From Octopus sinensis (Eukaryota), in NCBI RefSeq assembly GCF_006345805.1, contig NC_043000.1, positions 100,874,001 to 100,938,000 of the forward strand: 64,000 bases of DNA. The letters run 5' to 3'. Made by a program: the position numbers and the translations under genes. Every line of letters begins with the position of its first letter. Within the stretch, counting starts at the first letter, position 1. A model generated the notes under the pieces. The model was given only the letters and a program-made list of their open reading frames with translations. It had not been told where the DNA came from and ran no database searches. Shown piece after piece: positions 52,488 to 64,000 of this stretch.

Positions 52488-53099
52488 ATGATGACGATGA
52501 TGATGATGATGATGATGATGAATATGTCCAATATGTTAGAAGTTGCCTACCAGTGATTGAGAACATATTTCCAAATAGATTTATATGTCATGCTACAGAA
52601 AACTAAATCTACTACATTTATTTCAGGTAAAAATGAAAATAATAATTTTAATAGAATTTCTACAATTGAATTATAACTAAAGAGATGTATGTTTATCATT
52701 TATCATTTAAAGATGTGATGTATTTTCATGTTTTTATCCTGCACTTTGCAATCAACATTTGTTTAACTTGTACAACACACACACACACACAAATGCACAA
52801 ACACACATGCACACACACACACACATAGATATATAATAAATTTATGGATATGTATGTATATGTGCGTGTGTACATATATATATATGTTTGTGTACATACA
52901 TTATATATATATATATGTGAGTGTGTGTATACATATATATATATATATATATAAATACGTAAATATAATATTCATATACATAAAAATGTGAGTGTGTTTA
53001 TGTGTATATATATATTATATATATATATATATATATATGTTGGACCACTGAAATCAACACAGTGTTTTTTCGTCTCTCTCTTTTTATTTTCTCTTATTC

Positions 53100-53135
53100 C
53101 TTTCTGTCGAAGAGCATAGGCTTGAAACATAAAAG
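53100..53135 (+). ncRNA. Minimal hammerhead-like motif, CUGUCGA family
   Basis: cttt-CTGTCGA-a-GAGC-atag-GCTT-GAA-ACAT-A-aaag. Confidence 0.4.
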
Positions 53136-53539
53136 ACTTTTCCAGTTTTCCCAAGTGTCACACTCATACACTTGCTTGTTGTTCCTACACCTGTCTTCAT
53201 CTTTGTTTTTCTATAAACTTGAACTACATAAATATATATATATATAAAACCTATATATGTATGAATATATGAATATAAATACATGCACACACACACAAAC
53301 GCACACACACACACACACATATATCAAATAACTAATGTCATATGATGTAGCTTTGAACAAGGTATATTTGTGTAAAGTCATGTTCAACATATTCCTTTGT
53401 AATTAGACGTGGTAAGATCTATCATTGCAAAAGTAGAAGAGACTAAGAACATTTTCCTCTTAAACTTGTGAAAATACATATTTTGTATTGGAGTCATGAC
53501 TAACAAAAACAAAATGCATTTTGCTGAATTCATTATGTA

Positions 53540-53990
53540 GTTAAGAAACTTGTTTCGTAATCATGTGGTTTCAGGTTCTGTCCCACTCTAGGGCAAGCAT
53601 TTTCTACTATAGCCCTAGACTACAACCATTACCGCATGAGTGAATTAGGGGATCAGAAACTGTGGGGAAGGCGGCGAGCTGGTAGAAATTTTAGCACGCC
53701 AGGCGAAATGCTTATCGTACTCTTTTGACGAACCACTAAGTTACAGGGACGTAAACACACCAGCATCGGCTGTCAAGCAATGTTGGGGGGACAAACACAG
53801 ACAAACATACACATATATATATATATTATGCGATGGGCTTCTTTCAGTTTCCTTCTACTAAATCCACTCACAAGGCTTTGGTCAGCCCGAGGCTATAGTA
53901 GAAGACACTTGCCCAAGATGCCATGCAGTGGGACTGAACCCAGAACCATGTAGTTCGTAAGCAGGCTACTTACCACACAGCGATTCCTAT
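53540..53990. mobile_element. Nested SINE fragments (A +, B +, A -)
   Basis: Decayed A head, ggcgagctggtagaaattttagcacgccaggcgaaatgctta (B head), then a minus-strand A copy. Confidence 0.6.
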
Positions 53991-54499
53991 ACTTGTGTAT
54001 GTATATATGTGTATGTATATATGTGTGTATATATGTGTATGTATATATGTGTATGTATATTTGCGTATATATTTATTTGTATATTTGTATGTCTGTCTAT
54101 ATGTGTGTGTATTTGTATGCATGTAGATATGCATGTCATTTTATGTGTGCATTTTTATATGTGTGTGTTTCGCAAGCTAAATGAAGTATCTAACTATAAG
54201 TATCTAACTAGAAGAATGCCAATCATTTCACTCTCTCTACCTCTATCTATTTTTCCCATTCTTTCTCTCCAATTTTCTGTTTCTTTCATTTTTTTCTCCC
54301 TCCCACCACTTGTTATTCTCTGATCTTTTTTCTTCATGTTTAGTGTATATATGAATATTATAGATTTTTTTGGTATGTGTATGTATTCCTAAATGGATGT
54401 GTATTTTAGCATGAAAGTTTTTTAAATGGATATATCTTTTAATTTATTATTATTTTTACAACTAATTATTTACCCTGGGTATTCAGGCCTTTTTCCTTC

Positions 54500-54700
54500 T
54501 TCATAAGCTATTTTGGTTTACGGTTTCCATCGATTCTTATAACAATATGATTTTAAACTGCAATTTGTTATTGCATGCAACCGGTTATTGAAAAGACCAT
54601 TAGTTGAAAGGACCAATGGAACAAAACCATTTTCAAATGTGTATCTATCAAAGTAATTGTATTTCTGCATATAACTTTATCTTGCTCCATTCTAAACAAA
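54500..54700 (-). pseudogene. Possible LRR-like remnant
   Basis: MQKYNYFDRYTFEN...GLFNNRLHAITNCSL in one minus frame (NxLxxIxxxxL spacing). Confidence 0.3.
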
Positions 54701-55262
54701 ACTATCCAACGAACAGGAACATGAATCTCTGAATAACAGTTTTTGTGATATTTTTGCTGCTTTTTGATAAAGCATATTACTCTACCTCTGGTATTCGAGT
54801 ACTATTTTTTCCACCTAGTTTCGCATTCATGTGCTTATTCTGGTGTGTGTATATATATATATATAGGCAAGCATGCATGCACATACACAGATACACCACA
54901 CACACATATAGGATATGGGTGTTCAAAGGAAAAAGAGCATTCACAAAGTAAATAAAATACTCAATACTTCAAAATATTGAGTATTTTAATACATTAATTT
55001 ATTTCAGTAATTGTTTACAGCTTTGTAAATATGTTCCAGTCATTCCCAAACTAATCCTGAAGAGATTAAAGAGAATAAAATGATCAAAACAGATTTATAA
55101 ACAAATGTTTAAATAATTCATATGTGAATGTGTGTATGTGTGTGAATGTGTGTTTATATATATATATATGTATGTGTGTCTGTATATATATATATTTGTA
55201 TAACTGTGCATGCACTGATGTTGGGGATTGATTAATTCATACTGCACTTTGCAATTTAGCTG

Positions 55263-55301
<39 letters not shown>

Positions 55302-55375
55302 GTATATATGTATGTATGTATATGTATACATGCACATATGTATATACATTTACATACATACATTCATACATATAT

Positions 55376-55426
<51 letters not shown>

Positions 55427-55427
55427 G

Positions 55428-55495
<68 letters not shown>

Positions 55496-56199
55496 GTATA
55501 TATATACATATATTTGCATGTATATATGTATATATATATATATTATATATATATATATATATATACATATATGCACATATATATATATATATACATATGC
55601 TCATACATACATACATTCATTAGATTCAGTTCACTAGAATCAAATCCAAACTAATAAAAGAAATCACGCAGGTGTTGGCTTGCTGAATGTGGTTTGCAAA
55701 AAAATCTTAATAAAACAGGTCAACCATAGATACACATGGTGTTCTATATACATACAGATGCATCCACATGCTTGTCTTTTATCTGCCTAGATTCTTACTT
55801 CTACATGTATATAGCTTTACATATATCCATGCATAGCGCCATATTAGCTCTCATGTTGGATGAAGTGATTTTGCAATCCAGGAAAAGGAAATTGCAACAA
55901 AATATGTGATGCATAAATTGGATAGAGCTGCAGGTAAAGTACTAGATGCAACAACTGATGCAGATTCAGTAGAATTAATCTTGAAGATGTAACTTACATC
56001 GTAAGCAGCTTTTTGAAGATGTTGTCACACTACTAACTTCCTGGGAAGCAATATGTCATGGCAAAAGTATTATACTATGCAACCCATAGAAAGACTAGCT
56101 CCGAAAATAAAAATATATGAAGTGATGTAGATGGTATAATCACTAATAATATAAAAGGTTAACATAGTAATTAATATGTAAGCGTAACAGATCTATGAC

Positions 56200-56420
56200 A
56201 GATAAAAGAAATTGTGTGCAGTATGGATGAGGACAGTTGCATTAAGAAGTGCTGATCACTTAAAGTGGAGGGAATTGTGTGGAAGAAGGAGACCCAGGAA
56301 GACATGGGATGAAGTATTGAAGACCAATCTGAAATTGCTGAACTTTACAAAGGAGATGACAGAAGACTTAAATATATGGTACATTGCTGTACTTAAGAAA
56401 ACCCACCCACCACAACAGAA
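56200..56420 (+). mobile_element. RTE LINE 3' ORF end
   Basis: CGRRRPRKTWDEVLKTNL...WYIAVLKKT (RTE GRPRKTW motif). Confidence 0.8.
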
Positions 56421-56424
56421 TTGA

Positions 56425-57108
56425 GATCCTAAAACCAAGATGCCATGTAAAAAACACTGATGCTGGTGCTATGTAAAAAACACTGATGCTGGTGCTATGT
56501 AAAAAGCACTGTTGGGTTGGTGGTGCCACATAAAAGCACCCAGTAAAGTGGTTGGTGTTAGGAAGGGCGTCCAGTCATAGAAACCAAGCGAAAATAGACT
56601 ATGGAACCTGGAGTGACCCCTGACCTTGCTAGTGCTTGCTATGCTGTCTAACCCATGCCAGCATGGAAAATGGACATTAAATGTTGTTGACAATGATGAT
56701 GATAATGATGACAGTGATGACAACAACCTCAGTCCAACCGTCCAACCCATGCTAGCATGGAAAATGGACGTTAAATGATCAGGACGCCATGATAGATCAT
56801 TAGCTCCTACACGCATTTTTTTCTCTCCTTGTTTCTCTTCTTGTTTTTTTCTGTGTATCTTTCTGTCGAAGAGCGTAAGCTCGAAACGTAAAAGACTTTT
56901 TCAATTCCTGAGCACTATACTAATACATTTGTTTGTCTGTACTCCACCTGCCTTCATCTTTTGTTTATTTTCGTAAACTTTCCCTTTATATATATATCCA
57001 GCTGTAGAAACATTGCCAGATCAGATTGGAGCCTGGTGCAGCTGCTGTGTTTCCAGACCTCAGTCAAACTGTCCAAACTATACTAGCATGGAAAACGGAC
57101 ATTAAACA

Positions 57109-57150
<42 letters not shown>
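56425..57150 (+). mobile_element. Family D fragments (~56425-56780 and ~56995-57150)
   Basis: ggttggtgttaggaagggc, catggaaaa.ggac.ttaa and (GAT)n tails. Confidence 0.7.
56858..56895 (+). ncRNA. Minimal hammerhead-like motif, CUGUCGA family, best copy
   Basis: tcttt-CTGTCGA-a-GAGC-gtaa-GCTC-GAA-ACGT-A-aaaga. Helix I 5 bp, helix II 4 bp, palindromic helix III. Confidence 0.6.
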
Positions 57151-57929
57151 CAGGTTAAATGAATTTGGTTAGCTATACCAAACAATCAGATACCAATAAA
57201 TTCAAGTAGAATACACATCCATGGTAATTCTTCATATATCCAAATATCGCTTTGAAGAATTTCAAGAGATTCTAAGTATAAGACAACAAGGATAAGAATG
57301 GGAAAAATCACATCTTTAATTGGTGACTGCTCCATACATTATTGACAATCATTTCTGTTGTGCCAGCATATTTAGATACGGAAATAAAAAGGTACAAAAC
57401 ACTACTCAAATTAATTTATCTAAAAATATATACCGGTACAATGTTATCAAGGCAATACAAAATGGATTAAATTCACAGTGAACAAAAAAAATATCTCTAA
57501 TAGAGGAACACATACAAAATGAATTTTATGGAAAAATATAGTGTTGTAATAAAAGCCAATTTAATACTTAACTTTTGATGATTCTGTAGATAGCAAAAGA
57601 ATAAAAAATAAGATAGGAATTGTACATCACAGCAATTAGTTATCTACCTATTAAATATGCTAAAAACGTTTTTAGAAAAATTATGCATATTTGATTAGCA
57701 GAATCACTGGACCCCATAGTAATGTTGAAATAATCAGGTCTATTAGTCTTAGTGCAATATTTTCTATTGAAAGTCGTCTGTCTCTACGTTCTGATTTCAA
57801 ATTCCACTGAGGTTGACTTTGCCTTTCCTCCTTTCAGGGTCAATAAATTAAGTACCAGTTGTGTACTGAGGTCGATCTAATTGACTGGAGCCCTCCCCCA
57901 AAATTGTGCCTAGAGTAGAAAAGAATATT

Positions 57930-58140
57930 TTCTACTGAATTCTGTTATGGTTTTCCTAGCCATTAATATTATATCACTTTCACATTTGGATAAATCTGAA
58001 CTCTTCATCTTGAAAATTAAGGCTTTATTAAGTAGCATAGGGTTGATGGATTGGTAATAGTTTGATATATCTAACTGAATGAATTTAGTACATTTTTTAT
58101 CCGTAATATTAACGAACCAATCAATTACTTCCATATCTAC
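57930..58140 (-). pseudogene. Penelope-like element reverse transcriptase fragment
   Basis: VIDWFVNITDKKCTKFIQLDISNYYQSINPMLLNKAL...IILMARKTI resembles PLE RT around motif A (FIxFDIxxFYPSI). Confidence 0.7.
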
Positions 58141-58569
58141 ATACATACGTATATCACTGTCATTATCATCATCATTTAATATTTATTGTCTATGCTGGCA
58201 TGGGTTGGATGGGTTTGACAAGAGCTGGTAAATCAGAGAGCTATGCCAAGCTCTGTTGTCTTGCTAACAGAGTATACTTGGTGCTCTTTTGTGGCACCAG
58301 CAGTGACAGAGGTCACCAAGTAACTAGCGAAACAAAGACACATTGACTGCAAGAGTGAGTAATATTGAGGGAGGTCGCTTTGTGCCAGTTGATGATAGGT
58401 TAAAAGAATAACAGAGAGGTGGGTAGGTGTCTTGCAGTTGATGAGAGATACAAGGATATTCCAGGTGGAAAAGAAAGAATAGAAAGGGAGGCTTAGAGAG
58501 AATGACAGACAAGGAGAGAGTGAGAGAGATGGTGGCAAATATGTGTTAGAATATACTCTGGAAGTACAG

Positions 58570-58856
58570 TAGTGGGTGAATACAGGTACATATGTATAGT
58601 TCAAAGATTTGAGCAAAATTGACTCCAACATTGGAATCAGCTTCATGCAAGCATGAAGGCATGCTGGCAAATTGCTGCTCCTCTAAATGAAAGCCTTACT
58701 TGTCATTGTGGTTTTGTATCACAGATTAAAGCAGGCCTTGCTGGCCACTCAAGAAACTCATTCAAGCAAAATGAGTCCTCAACTTGTTCCATTTGCCCAA
58801 AGGTTTGCAAGGCACCAGCAGGCCTTAAGAGACACATGCATGTCCATAGAACATGA
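58570..58856 (+). mobile_element. RTE-type LINE C-terminus with a zinc-finger motif
   Basis: CHCGFVSQIKAGLAGH and CSICPKVCKAPAGLKRHMHVH* close to the stop, with stops upstream. Confidence 0.5.
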
Positions 58857-58929
58857 TTACTGCTCTATTGTACTGAACCTTCATGTACTGTTTATAACAA
58901 ACGAATCCAACACACATATATATATATAT

Positions 58930-59165
58930 GTAGTAGTCATGGCAGCTACTGGTGTCATGCAACTGGCACCCATGTTGGTGGCGTGCAAAAGCACCCATTA
59001 CACTCTCAGAGTGGTTGGCATTAGGAAGGGTATCCAGCCATTAGAAACCATGCCAAATCAGAGTGGAGTCTGGTGCAACCTCTCAGCTTACCAGCCCTGG
59101 TCAAACTGTTCATCCCATGCCAGCATGGACAACAGACGTTAAATGACGATGACGATGATGATGAT
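58930..59165 (+). mobile_element. Family D element
   Basis: ggttggcattaggaagggtatccagc...gacgttaaat(GAC/GAT)n. Confidence 0.75.
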
Positions 59166-59953
59166 ATAAACAAGCTTCCATACTATTTCTATCACTCAAC
59201 TTTTACTTAGATTGTATAGGTTAACCTTAAGTTATAGTAGAAGAGATACGCACCAGGTGCCAAGCAGTGGGATGGAACCCAAAAGCATAGAGTTGCAAAG
59301 TGGACTTCACAGTTACACAACCATGCTTGCAACTATTGTTCATGGAACAAATATCAAAAATAACAAAACAAGAAAAGTAATATAAAAATGTATTCTTAAA
59401 AATCAGAAATTGAAACCAGTTTGCAAGTTTGTTAAAACGTACAGCATTTAGAATGACCCCTTGTCATGCACCAAAATTACAATAAGCATTTCAATTGCTT
59501 TGTCTGAGACTCTGGTCAATTTTATTAGTGCCAGGAGGCAGAGCATCCAGCTGTAAAAACAATTGCTCTAACAATATGTAAATTTACAGATTTACAAAAA
59601 ACACCATTTCTCCAATGGAAGCATGAGAAAAAATAGACATAAAAAGATATGAATTAAGCTGGTCTGATTCTGTCTGTCAGAACAGTAAATAAAGATAGTG
59701 AATAGAATTGGTCCGCTAACAGCAGTAGCTTCTGTTTGCATGATTCAGATGATAATTTTTTTATTTTTGTTATTTAATCTGTCCATCGTATATAAATTAG
59801 TCCAAAAGCGGTGATTGGTTTTTTGCTTTCAATTTTTTTTTTTTCGTTTACAACCATTATGCCATATTGTTGTCTAAGTGTTGGTATATATTTGTGTATG
59901 CACATCTATCTATCTATCTATTTATTTGTACTCACATACATACATACACACAC

Positions 59954-59996
<43 letters not shown>

Positions 59997-60864
59997 ATTT
60001 CAATACATTTATACATTTGGAGAGAGAGAGATAAGATTGATTGCAACATAATGTGAAAATCAGAAAGATAAAAAATAAGGTTAATAATGCAAACAACTTG
60101 AACTAATCTTGCTGCAGTTATTCCTCTCAGAAATAAAGATAACCAGTTATAATGGTGACGCTAGCTTTTCATTTCATATCTACAGCAATTTCTTCTATTC
60201 TTCAGGCTATTGTTGTTGTTGCTGTGCTTCTGGTGGCGGTGGTAGTGGTGGTGGTGGTGGTGGTGGTGGTGGTGGTGGTGGTGGTGGTGGTGGTGGCGGG
60301 ATTGTTTTTCTGATTATTTACCTCCAGGTCTACAATGATCGAGCAGACCTATGAAACAAAGGTATTCTATCGACGACCTTCATTTCTTCATAGATTGAAA
60401 ACAGTCTATCTAAGACTACATTATTTGATATGCCCTACTTTCTTTTAAAGATAGCAGAGTATAATTTGAGCATGATTTGGCTGCTTTTCCTTGCAAGTTA
60501 AGCAAACCTATCCTTGCTGCCTTATTTTGCAAGTACTATTCCCCCTGCCCCACACACTCAGTTGATGGGGTTTTGTCTTATAAATTATTTGGTGACCTCA
60601 CTGTAGCTGGTGCCACATAAAAACACCTAATACACTCTGTAAAATGGTTGGTGTTAGGAAAAGCATCCAGTCAAAGAGACCATGCCAAAGCTGATTGTAG
60701 AGCTTGGCACTGTCATCTGACTAGCCAGCCCCTGTTTAAGTCATCCGATCCATGCCAGCGTGGAAAACAGATGTTGAATGAGGATGTTGATGGTGATGAT
60801 GAGTAATGGTAGTGGTGATGGTGGTGAAACTGATGGCATAGTTTTTTGTTAGTATTCTCTTTAC

Positions 60865-61063
60865 TCTCTTTTACTCTTTTACTTGTTTCAGTCATTTGAC
60901 TGCGGCCATGCTGGAGCACCACCTTTAATCGAGCAACTCAACCCTGGGACTTATTCTATCGGTCTCTTTTGCCGAACCGCTAAGTGACAGGGACATAAAC
61001 ACACCAGCATCGGTTGTCAAGCAATGCTAGGGGGACAAACACAGACACACACAGACACACACA

Positions 61064-61117
<54 letters not shown>

Positions 61118-61280
61118 CGATGGGCTTCTTTCAGTTTCCGTCTACCAAATCCACTCACAAGGCTTTGGTCGGCCGAGGCTATAGTAGAAGACACTTGCCC
61201 AAGGTGCCACGCAGTGGGACTGAACCCGGAACCATGTGGTTGGTAAACAAGCTACTTACCACACAGCCACTCCTGCGCCT
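60865..61280 (-). mobile_element. SINE family A, young full-length copy
   Basis: CpG-rich, with complete head, core, internal (TA)n and an (aaaagagt) tail. Confidence 0.9.
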
Positions 61281-61872
61281 ATTGTTGATATTGTTTAATC
61301 CCAGGCCAGCCCCAACCAAGTAGACCTATGGTGAAAGGCATTCCAGTGTTGATCATTCTTCAGACACTATCTTTGATTATAATGTCATTCATTATGTTGT
61401 ATCTCAGGTGAGTCTTAATATAACACACTAGAAATTGAACCAGTGAGTGTGTTATATTAAGCCACAATGACTCTCCCCAGACACAACAAAATTTGTTTCA
61501 ACACACAAATTCACACATGGAATCTTGCAAATCGGATACAAAAACGTATTATCCATTATGTTCATTTTAAAAGTAAATAGTAAGGTGTAATCTTAATATC
61601 TTTTAGCTGCTATTTCTAGTTGATTATTACTATTATTATTATTATTATTCAATAGTCTCATTTTTATCATGTGCTTTCACTTCACTACCGAGCACAGCTC
61701 TGTGTGCCTTGGGTATTTGCTGTGGTTTGTTGTGATGCTCTCATTTTTACTGTATTGAAAGTGTTTTATGTAGGATGCGTGCAGTGCCTAGTAGTGCTAT
61801 TTTTTGTATATCATATATACTTGTTAGTCATGGTGTTTTTGTTATGTATTTGAGATGTGCCTACTATTTTTA

Positions 61873-62993
61873 TTATTATTGTTGTTGTTACTATTATTGA
61901 GTGAGAGAGTAGTGCATGCCATCAAAGTGACACTGGGGTAAAATATACTATTGTTGTTGTTGTTGTTGTTATTGACTTCTTCAAGTTTCACTTGAAAAGG
62001 AGATTGAGAGTGGAGAAGGAAGTGCTGTCCTTGAACAGGTTTATTGAAAGGTGAGTGAAAAGTTGTAAAAATGGCAAGAGTGGACGTTACCTCTCTAAGT
62101 GTAGTACTGTGAGTGGAGTGAAGGAATTGTAGATGGTACTTGCTCTTGGGGTTTCAGGGAAATCTCAGACAGTAGGGTTCCCCAATTATCCCTAGAGGCT
62201 TTCCTGTATCAAGAGAGCCACACCTATATCATTCTCCCTGCCATTTTCTTCTTTCCCCTTTGTATTCTATGCATATGCCCCTTCTTTTTCAGTGTATACC
62301 ATGTATACTTACTTTCTTTGATTTTTTTCATCATTTCATTATATGTAAACCCCAACACTTTATGTCTATCCTTGTTTTGTCCCCCTCATCCTTCACCCTT
62401 GTGGCAAATAAATGAAATCATTATTGCTATTATTATTGTGTTGTTACTATTATTGAGTGAGAGAGTAGTGCATGCCATCAAAGTGACACTGGGGTAAAAT
62501 ATACTATTGTTGTTGTGTTGTTGTTATTGACTTCTTCAAGTTTCACTTGAAAAGGAGATTGAGAGTGGAGAAGGAAGTGCTGTCCTTGAACAGGTTTATT
62601 GAAAGGTGAGTGAAAAGTTGCAAAAATGGCAAGAGTGGACGTTACCTCTCTAAGTGTAGTACTGTGAGTTGGAGTGAAGGAATTGTAGATGGTACTTGCT
62701 CTTGGGGTTTCAGGGAAATCTCAGACAGTAGGGTTCCCCAATTATCCCTAGAGGCTTTCCTGTATCAAGAGAGCCACACCTATATCATTCTCCCTGCCAT
62801 TTTCTTCTTTCCCCTTTGTATTCTATGCATATGCCCCTTCTTTTTCAGTGTATACCATGTATACTTACTTTCTTTGATTTTTTTCATCATTTCATTATAT
62901 GTAAACCCCAACACTTTATGTCTATCCTTGTTTTGTCCCCCTCATCCTTCACCCTTGTGGCAAATAAATGAAATCATTATTGCTATTATTATT
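61873..62993 (+). repeat. 556-bp tandem duplication, each unit containing a Tx1-like LINE 3' end
   Basis: Units at ~61873-62437 and 62438-62993. Each has IDFFKFHLKRRLRVEKEVLS..., aataaa and an (ATT)n-like tail. Confidence 0.9.
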
Positions 62994-63267
62994 ATGTTCT
63001 TTATTTGAGATGTATTTTTGTTTCAGAAATCTGTTTTAATGCTGAGAATAAAATCCACATATTTGCTAATATGCTTGAATTTTGTTATCTTAACAGCTTT
63101 ACTTTATTTCATTTCTTCCCATCCCTCCAGATCTCATACATCACTTTTATAGTTCTGATTGCATGTTGCGTATAATTTGTCTACATAACGTAGATGTATA
63201 TATCATACGTATAACACTTCACACTTCAAGGTATTGCTCTTTAGGTACTTGTTTCATATTACTGGAT

Positions 63268-63356
<89 letters not shown>

Positions 63357-64000
63357 GTATATATGTGTATGTGTTTATATCTATATGCATGTGTATATGT
63401 ATATATATCTATATGTATGTATATATGTACATGTTTATATATCTATATGTATGTTTATATGTATATGGGTTTTTTTCTGTTTCAAATTAACCTTCCAAGA
63501 ATACACCACATCTAAAACTTGTGTTACATGTGCTTCTATAGTGCAATCTTATTAAATCTACACGATGGGGATTCTCATAAACCTTTGTCAAACTTTTTCT
63601 GTTCATTCTCACAACTGTTTGCTTTATTGGTCTTAATCGATGCTTTATATAGCTCTTGTTTTGCTTTAAGTTTAGTTCTCTTGTCATGTGTTTTAGCTTC
63701 ATGTCTTATTTTTATGTGCCCAATTCTTACATCATTATCTATCAAGGCAAACACTATATTTTGTGTAGAAACACAAAACACAACAGGGAACACATGAAAA
63801 TAAGTAATAGCCGTGTTTCTGTCGTTTTTCTGGGATCTGAATAAGATCCCTATCAACCTTTGTGATTTTTGGTTTTGTCCTTTGATTTATTTAGTGATGA
63901 TATGGAATTTTTTCCCCTTTTATTCTCACAGAATGCTGTGTTTCATTATACAAGTGTATTGGGATAGAAATGTCTTGTAGTGTTTTAATCATGTCCTTTT

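Noticed and set aside
57150-57720. Possible further Penelope ORF debris
   Set aside because: No motif could be read without multiple assumed frameshifts.
58653-58856. Canonical C2H2 spacing, suggesting a member of the cephalopod zinc-finger expansion
   Set aside because: Only one complete finger, terminal, with no TGEKP linkers and stops upstream. It fits a LINE C-terminus better.
60321-60380. ag|GTCTACAATGATC reads RSTMIEQ, resembling the GT7 last-exon RYTMIKH
   Set aside because: The sequence matches a dispersed repeat also present at ~61300-61346, and the downstream peptide lacks DGL(N/S).
63487-63856. Overlapping 60-93 aa ORFs on both strands
   Set aside because: No splice signals or recognisable domain.

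Overview
Repeat-dense, AT-rich eukaryotic DNA. The tRNA-derived SINE families, RTE/Tx1/R4 LINE debris and (TA)n/(TG)n/(CAT)n microsatellites resemble an octopus genome; this is recognition from memory, not a database hit. Only one intact host exon is supported: a GT7-family (beta-1,4-galactosyltransferase / GalNAc-transferase) internal exon at 36177-36418 (+). Most ORFs in the track are microsatellite artefacts or decayed transposon fragments (mariner x3, Tc1, hAT MITE, RTE, Tx1, R4-like, Penelope-like RT). The main unexplained signal is a set of hammerhead-ribozyme (HHR) folds from at least six unrelated repeat families. (1) A ~470-bp foldback element has a complete type I HHR in each inverted arm (47999-48069 minus, 48151-48221 plus). 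(2) An adjacent 518-bp spacerless palindrome has an HHR core in each arm. (3) A retrozyme-like element with ~170-bp direct repeats has HHR parts in a non-canonical, pseudoknotted order (50952-51897). (4) Several minimal Penelope-type HHRs occur, including a three-copy family with a CUGUCGA core. Weaker signals are scattered minus-strand, stop-ridden leucine-rich-repeat-like remnants and three near-identical tandem duplications joined in microsatellites, which may be assembly artefacts. All folds and translations were done by eye. TE boundaries are approximate unless TIRs or splice sites are quoted. SINE and element family letters (A-E) are working labels of mine.
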